Source: Mustelus asterias (Eukaryota). From it: a stretch of DNA of 64,000 bases. Shown piece by piece: positions 24,545-36,511 of this stretch. The stretch lies in assembly GCF_964213995.1 (NCBI RefSeq), contig NW_027590882.1, positions 1-64,000 of the forward strand, read 5' to 3'. A program made the position numbers and the translations under genes. Position 1 is the first letter of the stretch. Each line of letters opens with the position of its first letter. Under the pieces are notes generated by a model. The model ran no database searches, had not been told where the DNA came from, and saw only the letters and a list, made by a program, of their open reading frames with translations.

Positions 24545-27500
24545 ATGAAGGTGACCATAGCCAGCCTCAACATCAACGGCAGCAGTGGGCCACACCGCAG
24601 GTTCCAGAACTTCTCGGTCCTCCGTGACGGGAAGCATGCGGTGTGTTTCCTGCAGGAAACCCACAGCGTTCCGGGAGACGAAGCCCAATGGCTCCTGGAG
24701 TGGCGAGGGGGGGTCTACATGAGCCACCTCACGCTCGCTTCTTGCGGGGTGGCTATCTTGTTGGCCCCGCGTTATAAGCCGGAGATCTTGGGGGTCAAGG
24801 AGCCGGTGCCGGGCCGGTTGCTGCACTTGATGGTCCGTGAGGGGGGCGTGGTCATTCACTTGCTGAATGTCTACGTCCCGACCGCCGGACCACAGCAAAC
24901 GACTTTCTACGAGAAAGTGTCCGCTCACATCGACACCATCGCGGGTGGCGAATGCATTATCCTCGGGGGAGATTTCAACTGCATCCTCGAGGCACGGGAC
25001 CGCACCGGCCCCTGGCTGCGCACTCCGGCGGTGGTGAAATTGCGGGACCTGATCGGGTCCCACGACTTGGTGGACGTCTGGAGACATCTCCATCCTGGCT
25101 CCAGCGCCTTCACTTTCGTGAGGCCTGGAGTCGGAGCGTCCAGGCTCGACCGCCTTTACATTTCGAAGGCGCACGTGTCCGGCGTGTCCTCGGTCTCCAT
25201 GCGGCCGGTGTCGAGCACGGACCACCACCTGGTGTGGGCGGACTTTGCGCCGTCTGGCATCCGGCGGGGGTCCGCGTACTGGCACTTTAACTTCACGCTG
25301 CTGGAGGACGAGCGCTTCCTGGACTCGTTCCGTCGATTCTGGGCCGGCTGGAGAAGGAAGCGGGGAGGCTTCCCCTCCTTGAGGCTCTGGTGGGATGTGG
25401 GCAAGACTCACGTCCGTACCTTCTGTCAGGGGAATGTGAGGGGAGATGCCCCTTTCGTGGCGCAGGGCCGTCATTGCCCTGCTGCCCAAGAAGGGGGATC
25501 TCCACCTGCTCAAGAACTGGCGCCCGGTCTCCCTCCTCAGCACGGATTATAAAATCTTTGCCAGGGCTATGGCTTCACGCCTTGGATCCGTGCTGGACCA
25601 CTTGATCCACCCTGACCAGTCCTACACGGTCCCGGGCCGTTGTATACATGACAATCTCCACCTGGTCCGGGACCTAATCCATCACACCCAGAGGGCTGGT
25701 CTGTCGGGCGCCTTCTTGTCATTAGATCAGGAGAAGGCGTTCGACAGGGTGGAGCACGAGTATTTACTCGGGACTCTGCGGGCATTCGGGTTCGGGACGC
25801 ATTTTGTCGCCCGGATCCGATTACTGTACTCTGCCGCAGAGTGTCTGATTAAGGTTAACGGGTCCCTGACGGCGCCCCTTCGCTTCGGGAGAGGAGTACG
25901 GCAGGGCTGCCCCTTGTCCGGCCAACTGTATTCCGTATGCGTGGAGCCATTCCTGCGCCTCTTGCGGAGGAGGTTGTCAGGTTTGGTCCTGCGCGGACCG
26001 GACGTAGGGGTGGTCCTGTCAGCTTACGCCGACGACGTGCTCCTCATGTTCACGGACCCGGCTGACCTGCGGAGGATGCGAGAATGCCAGGCGGTGTACT
26101 CCGCCGCGTCCTCCGCCAGGATCAACTGGGCCAAGTGCTCCGGACTCCTTGTCGGTCCTTGGGAGATGGACCCCATTCCGGAGGAGCTCAGGCCTTTCAC
26201 CTGGAGCAGGACCAACCTCCTCTACTTGGGGGCCCATCTCTGCCCAGCCGAGGAATCCTGGCCGGCGAACTGGCGGGAGCTGGAGGCCAAAGTCTCTGCC
26301 CGCCTGAGTCGCTGGACAGGACTGCTCCGTGTGCTGTCCTATGGGGCATGAGTTCACGTCATAAACCAGCTGGTCGCCTCCATGCTGTGGTACGGGCTGG
26401 TCCCTTTGACCCCTCCCCTGGCTTTGTCGCCGATATCCAGAGAACCCTCCTGCGGTTCTTCTGGGGCAATCGACTGCACTGGGTCCCTGCTGCGGTTCTG
26501 CATCTCCCGCTTGAGGAGGACAAACAAGGTCTGGTGTGCCTCCACACTCAGATAGCGACCTTCCGCCTCCAGGCCCTGCAGAGGTACCTTTACGTTGAGC
26601 CCCCTCCACAGTGGTGTGCCATGGCGACACATTTCTTCCGCCAGTGGCACGGCCTCAATTATGACGTGCAGCTCCTGCATATCGAACTGGGGCGTGCTTC
26701 GACCACCCTGCAGGAGTTGCTCGTCTTTTACCAGGACCTCCTCACTGTCTGGAACACGGTCGCCTCGTGACGCAGCTCTCCCCCGTCAGGAGTAGCGGCT
26801 CTCGTGCGAGAGCCGCTGCTCAGGAATCCGCTCCTCCAGCCGTATAACTTCAGGTGGCTGGCGGAGAGGAGGGCTGTGGACGCCGGGGTGACCAGAATCG
26901 GGGACGTGCTCGATGGCGGAGGAGCGGGCTGGATGAGTCCCCGCGTGCTGGCTGAGCGCGCGGGGACAACTGTCCGGCACGCGGCCAAAGCCATCCTAGC
27001 CCTTAGGACGGTCGTGCTCGGCCCCGAAACTGCACGCAAACTCGAGGCGGTGCAGGTGTGCGGTGGGATCCTGCCCGAGCGTTCCCCTGTTCAGACGGAA
27101 TTCCACGTTGGACAAAACCTCAAACCCCCTTCCTGGGTGAGGTGCCCCACAGCATGAGCCACCTCGCGGGAATGTCCTCCGTGCCTTTTTCTACCACGCG
27201 GAGGCGTTTCCTGTGCGGGCTGCCGCTGCCACCTCCTCGCCTGTCACCCGGATACACCTTGGCGGGCCTTGTTGCCGCCGGGCGGTGGAGATCCCCGCTG
27301 GAGGTCCCTCTACGGAGGGATCTCCCCCAATTACGTCGGGGACCTGGGGTGGAGGGTGATGCATGCAGCAGTGCCGCACCCCCGTAGGATTCACTGATTC
27401 ACGGGCTCCGAAGACTGCCCTTTCTGTGGCCTTGTGGAGTCCGTGGACCATGTCTATGTTGTGTGTCTTAGGCTGCACTCCCTTTATGTTTTCCTAAAGA

Positions 27501-27829
27501 ACCTTTTGTTGATGTTTAGTCTGCACTTCAGTCCCATGCTCCTGATCCACGGACACCCGGTGCGGAGAGGGGAGGGTCGGGATGGTGACCTCCTTGTGAA
27601 CCTGCTCCTCAGCCTGGCGAAACGCGCCATTTACCGGTCCAGGCAGCGGGCGATCGAGGGGGCCGTCCACCCTGACTGTCTTCCCCTCTACCGCGGCTAC
27701 GTTCGCATCCAGGTCTCCATGGAGAGGGAGCATGCGGTGTCCATGGGCGCGGTTGATGCCTTCCACGCCCGTTGGGCACCGCAGGGGTTGGGGTGCGTTA
27801 TCGACCCTAATAATCACATTTTAATTTGA
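24545..27829 (+). pseudogene. Disrupted Tx1 ORF2 of copy C
   Basis: APE 24545-25430, frameshifting deletion, RT core 25446-26351, further stops and indels downstream. Confidence 0.9.
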
Positions 27830-28329
27830 TCTTTTTAAGTTTCCTTTGTACTTTGATTTCTGTTCGGGCTGTTCCCCCTCCTTTTGGGAGCTGCCCCTTT
27901 TACTTTGTCCTGACTTAATCTGAGTTTGTTTATTTGATTTGGCCTAAAAAGAGGGCAACATCTGGGAGGAAATCAATGTTTCCCCCTTTCCATTTCTTTT
28001 CTCATTCTGGGGGAAATTGGGGACTTGCACCATCTGAAGGGAATGAAGTGAATTCGGTCTGTATATTCCACACATTTTTCCTCCAGTAATGTAGACATTT
28101 ATCTGTCTGGCCGCCTGCATGGAGATTTGCAGGTCTCTGTGTGTCCAGGACAGGAAGCAGTGAGCATGGATCTGTCAATCAGCCTCAATCAGCACCTTCA
28201 GGAGAATTGGGAGGGTGAATATTAGATACAGCAGAGTGAGAATGGAGGGAGAGTGTGTGGGATGGAGATTTACAGCTTTGGGGAATGAGAGAGGAAGGAA
28301 TGTTCCATAGAAATTAGAATGATAATATG

Positions 28330-30110
28330 GCGGTTGGTCCCGCCTCCGTCTTGGATTTAGCTCGACCTTGCTCTCCAGCAGAACCAGTCGTGGTGCCACA
28401 GGCCTGGTTGCTGCTGGTATTTTCCCCTGAGCGGCTCTTTCAACCCCCCCCCCCCACCCCCCGCAACAGTATCCAAAACGGTATACCTGTTTGAGAGGGG
28501 AATCGCCACAGGAGACTCCTGCATTACATACCTGCCTGTCCTGGCAGTCACCCATCTATCTGTCAGGACTTGTGGTTTGACACCTTCTTGAAGCTAGTCT
28601 CTATAGAGTCATCTGGTCATAAAGGTTTACAGCATGGAAACGGGCCCTTCGGCCCAAATTGGCATGCCGTCCCTTTTTTTAAAAGCCCTTCAGCTAATCC
28701 CAATTGCCCGCATTTGGCCCATATCCCTCTCTCCCCATCGTACACATGTAACTATCTAAATGTTTTTTAAAAGATAACTATCACACTCTCCATCACACTT
28801 ACTTCCCCCTGTATACTCCACCGTCATAGAGTCATAGAGGTTTGCAGCATGGAAACAGACCCTTTGACCCAACTTGTCCATGTCGCCCTTTTAATAACCA
28901 CTAAGCTATTCCCAAATGCCTATGTTTGGCCCATATCCCTCCATACTCATTTTACACATGTAACTGTCCAAAATCTTTTTCGAAGACAAAATTGTATCCG
29001 CCTCTACTACTACCTCTGGCAGCTTGTCCCAGGCATTCACCACCCTCTGTGTGGAAGAATTGCCCTTCTGTACCCTCTTGTAGCTCTCCCCTCTCACCTT
29101 AAACTTACGCACTCTAGTTGTAGACTCCCCGACCTTCTGGAAAAGATGTTGACCATCAAACTGACTATGCCCCTCATTATTTTATAGATCTCTATAAGTT
29201 CACCCTTAAGTCTGATACCATCCAAGGAAAAATGTCCCTGTATATCCAGTTTCTACTTATAACTCAAACCATCAAGTCCTAGTAGCATCCTAGTAAATCT
29301 TTTCTGCACTCTTTCTCGTTTAATAATATCCTTTCTATAATAAGTTGACAAGAACTGTACACTGTATTCCAAATGTGGCCTTACCAATGTCTTGTGCAAC
29401 TTGAACAAGACGTCCCAACTCCTGTATTCAATGTTCTGAACAATGAAACCAAGCATGCTGAATGCCTTCTTCACCACTCTGTCCACCCGTGACTCCACTT
29501 TCAAGGAGCTATGAACATGTACCCTCAGATGTCTTTGTTCTGTAACTCTCCGCAACACCCTCCCATTGAATGATTAAGTCCTGTCCTGGTTCGATCGACC
29601 AAAATGGATCACCTTGCATTCATCTGAATAAAACTCCACCTTCCATTCATCAGTCCACTGGCCCAATTGACTATGATCCCGTTGCAATCCTTGATAACCA
29701 TCTTCACTGTCCACTATGCCTCCAATCCTGGTGTCATCTGCAAACTTATCAACCATGCCACCTAAATTCTCATCCAAATCATTAATATACGTGACAAATA
29801 ACAATGGACCCAGCCCTGAGGCACACCACTGGTCACAGGCCTCTTGTTTGAAAAACAACCTTCTACAACCACCCTCTGTCTTCTGTCATCAAGCCAATTT
29901 TGTATCCATTTAGCTACCTCACTCTGGATCCCGTGAGAGTGTTTCCAGCTGCTGCTCCAACCGAATCATGCGGTCTGTGAGGAGCTGCAGCTGGTCACAC
30001 TTCCAGCAGACATAGACTCAGGGACACGAGAAATTTCCCTAATCTCCCACATCTGGCAGGAGGAGCATATCATTGTCGTTACTGCCATCTCTGCACTTGG
30101 ACACTGAAAA
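28330..30110 (-). mobile_element. Nested CR1/HER1-like LINE fragments (RT 3' part, duplicated 3' end, ORF1 pieces)
   Basis: FADDT, LVRPHLEY and TQRVV motifs. ORF1-like CSSCQMWE and PLSNRYTVL pieces. Confidence 0.82.
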
Positions 30111-30289
30111 AAAGAAAAGAATAAGAATCTTACTTGCTTTTGACAAAGAGGGAGATTCACAAACAACACCCAGAGGGGTCGCGGAACGAGATTCTGGGGT
30201 CGGGAGCTCCGAGGCAGCGATAACTGTGGAGCCTCAACTGAATGTTCACAGCTTTCTGTCACCTTTAGATTCTCGAGATTTATTTTAAA

Positions 30290-30426
30290 CAATGGGCGTG
30301 GCCTAAATTGACGACATTCGGGTCTGAAATATTTCAGTTCAGCTGAGATCCAGTGTCCCAGAGCAGTCCAGCTCTGCAGTCTCCAGCTCCCCGTCATTTA
30401 AACCATCAGCTCCGGGCAGCAGAGCG
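30290..30426 (+). promoter_or_regulatory. Putative NAR-TCR V promoter
   Basis: GC box GGGCGTGGC 30294, CRE half-sites TGACG 30309 and CGTCA 30392, palindrome CTGAAATATTTCAG 30324-37, TATA-like TTTAAA 30397. No octamer. Confidence 0.5.
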
Positions 30427-30469
30427 ATGGGAATCCTTCTTGTTTTCAGCCTGTGTGTCTGTTTACCCC
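30427..30469 (+). CDS. Leader exon of NAR-TCR V (MGILLVFSLCVCLP)
   Basis: ATG at 30427, 14 hydrophobic codons, phase-1 donor C|gtgagt at 30470. Splices in frame to acceptor tttccag|GG at 30614. Confidence 0.9.
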
Positions 30470-30613
30470 GTGAGTACTAATCGCACTAACCCACATTGTG
30501 TGGATTGAATATAAAGCTGCCCCAGTCCATCCCAATTACAAACACTGGGGTTTTAGCCTCGTTGTGTGGTTCAGCTCTGATGGTCCAATAAACTCTCTGT
30601 GTTTAATTTCCAG

Positions 30614-30895
30614 GGTCTTTCAGTCAGTCAGTGACACAGAGCCCGGAAGCGGTGACCAGGAAGGAATGTCAGTCTCTCACCATCACCTGCGTTTTACATG
30701 GTTATTACTATTACTTAGAAAATGGACATTTCTTCAAACAAACCCAGACCGGGACGGAGTGGGAGCGGATCTCCAGCGGAGGGAGATTTGTTGTGTCTGT
30801 GAACAAAGCAAAAAAGACATTTTCGCTGGAAATTCGGGATGTGAGAGTTGAAGACACCGCCACCTATTACTGTAAAGCTCAGTACCGGTACGACA
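30614..30895 (+). CDS. NAR-TCR V exon (IgNAR-like N-terminal V domain)
   Basis: SFSQSVTQSPEAVTRKECQSLTITCVLHGYYYYLENGHFFKQTQTGTEWERISSGGRFVVSVNKAKKTFSLEIRDVRVEDTATYYCKAQYRYD. It has the VNAR-like short C'-C'' region (ISxGGRF, SLxIxDxxVED, YYCKA), an extra FR1 Cys (RKEC) and is followed by an RSS. Confidence 0.92.
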
Positions 30896-30933
30896 CACCG
30901 TGATGGGCCTCGGCTTCCAGCGATACAAAAACT
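30896..30933 (+). other. RSS of NAR-TCR V (22-bp spacer, 23-class)
   Basis: Heptamer CACCGTG 30896-30902, 22-nt spacer, nonamer ACAAAAACT 30925-30933. Confidence 0.9.
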
Positions 30934-31296
30934 CTCCCTGCAGATTCTCACGGAATCAAATGAAAAACCGGAGTTCATCGGCCCTGAATACCGCCACCCC
31001 CACCCCCTCCCACCCGCCCCCCGCCAATCCCCACAGTTGCACCTCAGACTCTCGGTGCCGCACTCTCGTTTTTAATGAGACCTGATCACTCCCGTTAACA
31101 ATTTCAGTTTCATAAATATGGAGTGTGAGTGGATGGCGGTGTCATTTCTGGGAGTGTTGTCCGTGAATGGAGAATGGAAATGACTGATTCCAGTTACAAA
31201 CCCACACACCAGATGGGATCCTGGGCTCACAGCCGGAGCTGGCAGCCACATTCCGCGCGGTTTAATTCATGTTCCAACATCCCACCCAGTACACAA

Positions 31297-31365
31297 GGTT
31301 TTGATGCTGAATTGTACCACTGTGTTGATTGGAAAGTCACAGTGGAAGGAAGCTGAGCAAATACC
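31297..31365 (+). other. NAR-TCR D segment (TTGATTGGAAAGT, 31325-31337) flanked by 12/12 RSS
   Basis: GGTTTTGAT-12-CACTGTG | 13-nt core | CACAGTG-12-GCAAATACC. Frames read LIGK, stop and DWK. Confidence 0.92.
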
Positions 31366-31676
31366 TGTGCACAATTACAATATAAATTCTCAGGGCCCAG
31401 ACAGTGAATCATTGGTTTGACGATATTATCGCTGTAATCTGGATTACTTCTATTGTAATCTCCACCACTCACATCTTTCTTTGATTTTTTTTGCTATATA
31501 TGAAGTTAATATTTCCTCCCTGCAGCCATTTACTGAGACCTTGGGCCTCACAAAGTACAATTTGAACCGACAGAGACGGTGAAACGTTGAATATTGTTTA
31601 TTAATTTTAAATCCCCCGAATAATTGGACACTTCCGATTGACTGGTGATGGTTTCTCGGCAGATTGAGATGTCGAT

Positions 31677-31774
31677 GGTTCTTGTACCGGGGAGACTGAG
31701 AGAGGTGCCACTGTGTACTGCATGGGAATATGATTATGTGGATGGATCCGGGACGGTGGTGACTGTCACAGCCG
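31677..31774 (+). other. NAR-TCR J segment with 23-RSS (TAWEYDYVDGSGTVVTVTA)
   Basis: Nonamer GGTTCTTGT 31677-85, 23-nt spacer, heptamer CACTGTG 31709-15. Coding 31716-31774 has the IgNAR-like DGxGTVVTV motif, with phase-1 donor G|gtaagt. Confidence 0.92.
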
Positions 31775-33537
31775 GTAAGTGACTCCAAACCCCGCCGTGT
31801 TACAGACTGTCTCGTTTAATGTTCCCCTTCACTTTATCATTGTGATCTGTCTCGTTTCAATCCAATCGAATCTTCCTATGCAAAATCATCCGTTACAGAT
31901 TTCGAGTTGGGAGCAGGATGTGATTCTGGAGTCGGGTCCAGGTCAGTCCCGGGGAAAGTGTCTGTGTGGCCTGATGGAGTCGGCGGTCAGCGGGGCAGGG
32001 ATAGTGGGCTGAGGCTTGTGGGTGGGGGTGGTGGTGAGGCGCTGGGTGCGGTTCAGTGTTCTGTGAGAGTTGACAGAATCTGGGCGATTGTTTTAAGAGG
32101 CACATCAACATCAAGAACTCTGACACTCCTGGGAGTTTTTTTTTAACAAACTCAAATTGACAACACCCCGGAATCCACTCTGGATGTGATATGTGACTGG
32201 GAGAGGTTTGTCTCTCGCTTACAACCCGGCAGCGGGGTCTCAGAGCTCTCTCCTGGGCAGTAGATTGCAGTCCTAGCCGTGCAATGTCAATAAGGTACCG
32301 GGTGAATGAGATCGATGTCACTGCGGCCAGTCCATTTAACCGCAGTGACTCACTCAATACCTGACCCGGGAGACAAACAGAAAATTAAACAACGGGCTTC
32401 AGGTATAAGGGATCTTGTTGTAGGTCCAAAGGAATTTTGTAATAAAGAAATCAGTGGCTGAAATTAGTGACATTGTGCCTGATATTTCTTTAAATATCCT
32501 CCTTATAAACAATAACTTTTTCTCATTTTCCACCGTTAGTGGTTAATTCTGGAGCACAGGTCTTCAGTAAATTGCTGGGATACTTCCAGAGCCCATAGCC
32601 TTTGCAGTATCCTGTGCCTTCAGCCGGTCCTGAAGTCACGTGGAGTGAATCAAATTGGATGAAAATTGACATCAGTGATGCTGGGGACCTCCGGAGGAGA
32701 TTGAGATGGATCATCCACTCGATATCTCTGGATGAGGATTCTTGCCAAGGCTTCAGCTTTATCTTCACCGGATTGACAAATGAGTTATAGGGATGTCTGG
32801 TGTTGCTGCCGGCATTGCCTCCTGCAGTCTTCATTGAACCAGTGTTAATCCCTCGTTTGCTAATGTCAATGCAGGGGACTTAGCACGATTTAGCACGGCG
32901 ACTGTGCCATACTACACGATGGAGTGAAGCTCAATGTGAAGACAATAAATTGTGTCCACATGGACTGCATGTGGTCACTCCTACTGATACTTCTCTGGTG
33001 ATGCATCTGCGGCAGTAAGGTTGCTGAGGCTGAGGTCAAATATACTTTATTCCCTATTGGTAGTTTCCTCGCTACCTACCGCAGTCCCAGTCTGGCAGTT
33101 ATGTCCAGCTATGTGCTACCGAGCCAGTCGTGGTGATTTATATTGAAGCCCCCTAACCAGGATACGTTATGCATGTTTGACATCCTCAGTGCTTCATCCA
33201 GATGTTGTTCAACATGGAGGAGTGTCGATATGTCAGCAGAGGCACATGGTAATCAGCAGACCGCTTCCTTGCCCATGTCTGACCTGATGTCATGAGACTT
33301 CATGCGGTCCAGAGACGGTATTGTGGACTCCCAGGGCAAGTCGCTCCCGACAATATCATGCCGCCAGCTCTACTGAATCTGTCCTGCCAATGGGACAGGA
33401 CATTCCGGATTTGTGATGGTTGTTTGTGGGCGATTGCTGTAATGTATTTGTAGCCCTGATCAGTGTTAACTGAAATCACACAATGCAGTAAGAGTGGAGG
33501 ATGATGTGGTAATTGTATCAAGGAGAACAGGAACAAT

Positions 33538-33875
33538 AGAAAGAATCATAGAAAGAATCATAGAACCCCTACAGTGCAGAAGGAGGCCATTCGGCCCATC
33601 GAGTCTGCACCGACCACAATCCCACCCAGGCCCTACCCTCACATATTTTTACCCACTAATCCCTCTAACCTATGCATCTATGGGGCAATTTTTAACCTGG
33701 CCAATCAACCTAACCCGCACATCTTTGGACTGTGGGAGGAAACCGGAGCACCCGGAGGAAACCCACGCAGACACGAGGAGAATGTGCAAACTCCACACAG
33801 ACAGTGACCCGAGCATCGAACCCGGGACCCTGGAGATGTGAAGCAGCAGCGCTAACCACTGTGCTACCGTGCCGG
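33538..33875 (-). mobile_element. HE1-like SINE in the NAR-J to supporting-V intron
   Basis: Full head, core and tail on the minus strand. Confidence 0.88.
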
Positions 33876-35972
33876 GAACAATTGTGAAGGGAATATCCAT
33901 TTAGAACAATCGATAGAGAATTAATCGACATGGAGAGAAAGATTGGATTATTATTTCTGGAGAATACTGAAAATACAATAAAACTCAAGGATTGAAAACG
34001 AGATTTGCGGAGATTCGAACTGAACTGGAATACTATGTGAGATTTGATCTCCTTTAGTTTGGAAGGATGTACATACTTCGGAGGGAATTTAACTAATATT
34101 CACTAAACAGAGTCTTGGGATAAAATGATTGTCCTTTGAGAAGTGATTGAAGACCCATTGCCTATTTTCCGTCGACTGATATTAGAGGAGTGAGGAGTGA
34201 TCTCAGTAGAATTTATTATATTCTCAAAGGACTTGAAAGGCAGATTCTGGGTGGTAGTTTTTCCAATCTGGGAAGTCTATAATTTGGGGTCACATTTTCA
34301 GAATGACGGTTCAGCAATTTGGACTGCGGAGAGGAGACATTTCTTCAATCAAAGCCATTGTGGTGAATCTGCGAATTCCAGACCACAGAGAACCGTGGAT
34401 AGTTAGTGTTGAACGCATTCAAAGCAGCGTTTGTTACATATTTGTACACTAAAATGGTCAGGGCAAATGTGGACAACACAGGAATTTGTTGTTGAGGCAG
34501 GAAATAAGCTGCAACATAACTGAGTGATGGAGTAGCTTTGAAATGTGGAACAGGAGTTTCTGTACAATGTACAATTTAGAGAAAACTCTGCCCAGAGAAC
34601 CCGGGAGAGAATCAGTTAATGAGCAGAAAAAAATGAAATTGTGAGAGATCCAAAAGAGGCAGTTCCCAGTGAGTAACAGTAAAACCACTGCGGAAAGTGA
34701 ACAGGATGAACGCAACTGACAACTACGAGACTTTAGGACGCGTTCCCACGACTCAGGAAAACCAAACAGCACAAAGTAAATGAAATGAAAGTGACTGGAT
34801 ATCTCAATGTAAAGAGAAGTGGAGAAAAATGATACCAATAGATAGAAAATAAACAAATAGATTAAAAAGCAAACATTGACTCCCGGGAGGTGTTAAACTA
34901 AAATAAATAAATGACATTTGGCCACCGATGGTCAACATGGTTCGGCCCCATCGGAGCTGATGAATCACAATCACTCTGTTGGATCTTGCTGTGTGCTGTG
35001 ATGTGACGCAGCTGGGTTGTTCTTTGGCAATCATCGCCAGAAAAGGATTGCGTCACTGATAATAAAATGTTCCCTTCGATATCGCTCTCAAAAAGGAAAA
35101 TAGAAACTAAAACCTAACATATATCATAGAATAAATTAGCGTGGAAGGGCGACATTCGGCCCCTCGGGTTGATGCTGCCACTTTATAAATGAAATCCAAT
35201 TCTTCCACGAGCCATGAAATTTCCCCAAAACCTGTTGTTTTCCTGTTCAGGTATGTGATCAGTGCTCATTCATAATTCATTGTTAAACCAGCTCCTACTA
35301 AGCTGACAGTGTATTCATAGATTCACAGAATTAACGGCAGATCCAAACTGATCCATGCCGATCAAAATGTCCGTCGAAGCTCTGCCATTCGCCTGCATTT
35401 GGCCGATATCCCTCTAAACCTTTCCTATCCATGTATCTGTCCAAATGCCTTTTAAATGTTGACAATGTCCCTGCCTCAACCACTTTCTCCGACAGCTCAT
35501 TCCACATACGTATCACCCTCTGTGTAAAAAAAAGTTGCTCTGCAGGTTACTTCTTTCCCTATTCCCTCTTGCTCTCGACTCCCAAACCCTGGAAATAAGA
35601 CTGAGTTCATTAGCCCTATCCGTGCCTGTCATGATCTTATACACTTCTATAAGATCACCCCTCTATCTCCTACGCACCAAAGGAAAAAGTCCAAACTCTC
35701 CCTATAACTCAGTCCCTTGAGTCCTGGCAACATCCTTGTAAATCTCTTCTGCACTCCCTCCAGTTTAATAACATCGTTACAGATCATTAGAACTTGTGCA
35801 AAATAAAATGTCACCTCATTGTACACTGGTTTATAGAGTAAGTCAATATCGTTCCATTAGAATTAAAATAATAATAACTCCGCATAAAACTGAGCTACTC
35901 CTGCGACTGACACAATCTCCGACTAAAAAATGGCAAAACCTAAACAAAACTCTTTTTTTTCTAATCCTGCAG

Positions 35973-36290
35973 ATTTCTCTTCCCTTGTATCCAAGAATCC
36001 GCCTCTCCAAATCTCTGCTGCCGATGACACGGTTACATTAAGCTGTGAATATTCAGGAATCTGTCAGTACACAGTACACTGGTACAGTCAGCCCCCAGGG
36101 CAGACTCTGAAATACTTGCTGCAGAAACACACTTCAGGAGGGGGCAATAAAGAAAACGCTGCCGGGGAGAGAATTTCTGCTTCTATCGATTCTGTCCAGA
36201 AAATCAGCCGGTTAAAGATCTCCAAACTGCAACTAAGCGACTCGGCTGTCTATTACTGTGGACTGAGTCGGCACAGATATACGGTGGAGC
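35973..36290 (+). CDS. TRDV: Leaderless supporting TCR-delta V exon of NAR-TCR
   Basis: Acceptor tcctgcag|AT in phase 1 matches the NAR-J donor. DFSSLVSKNPPLQISAADDTVTLSCEYSGICQYTVHWYSQPPGQTLKYLL...LQLSDSAVYYCGLSRHRYTVE has canonical C, WYxQ and YYC plus an extra CDR1 Cys. No leader exon was recognised upstream. Confidence 0.92.
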
Positions 36291-36329
36291 CACAGTAGCT
36301 GAATCTCCCTTAACGCCCGTACAATAACC
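36291..36329 (+). other. 23-RSS following the supporting V
   Basis: CACAGTA, exactly 23 nt, ACAATAACC. Confidence 0.88.
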
Positions 36330-36511
36330 TCCCAGCCTCACAGGAGTGCACCAACCTCTCTCAATAGCACCCCTCTCAGCCCACTCCCAGCCGCTGACCC
36401 CCATCCCCACCGTGATGTTGACCGAGTTTATCATATTACTGGTCTGACCCAACCCTAATCAAATCAGTCGGACACACGACAGAGAGAAAGGGTGGTGAAC
36501 GGGACCGCAAT

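Larger units (their letters stand above)
21271..27953 (+). mobile_element. Tx1-clade non-LTR retrotransposon, copy C (internal deletion, decayed 3' half)
   Basis: Colinear with copy B, with a 593-bp ORF2 deletion at about 25440 and stops at about 26349 and 26768. Ends CTAAAAAGAG. Confidence 0.95.

Noticed and set aside
30614-31774. IgNAR antibody cluster
   Set aside because: Single D, no IgNAR constant exons, and the J is followed by a leaderless TCR V and a TCR-type C.
35930-35972. ATG-initiated N-terminus (MAKPKQNSFFSNPA) as leader of the supporting V
   Set aside because: Not hydrophobic; it is the polypyrimidine tract and acceptor of the intron.
36405-36450. CACCGTG as a D-segment RSS between supporting V and J1
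   Set aside because: No nonamer at 12 or 23 nt and no upstream partner RSS.
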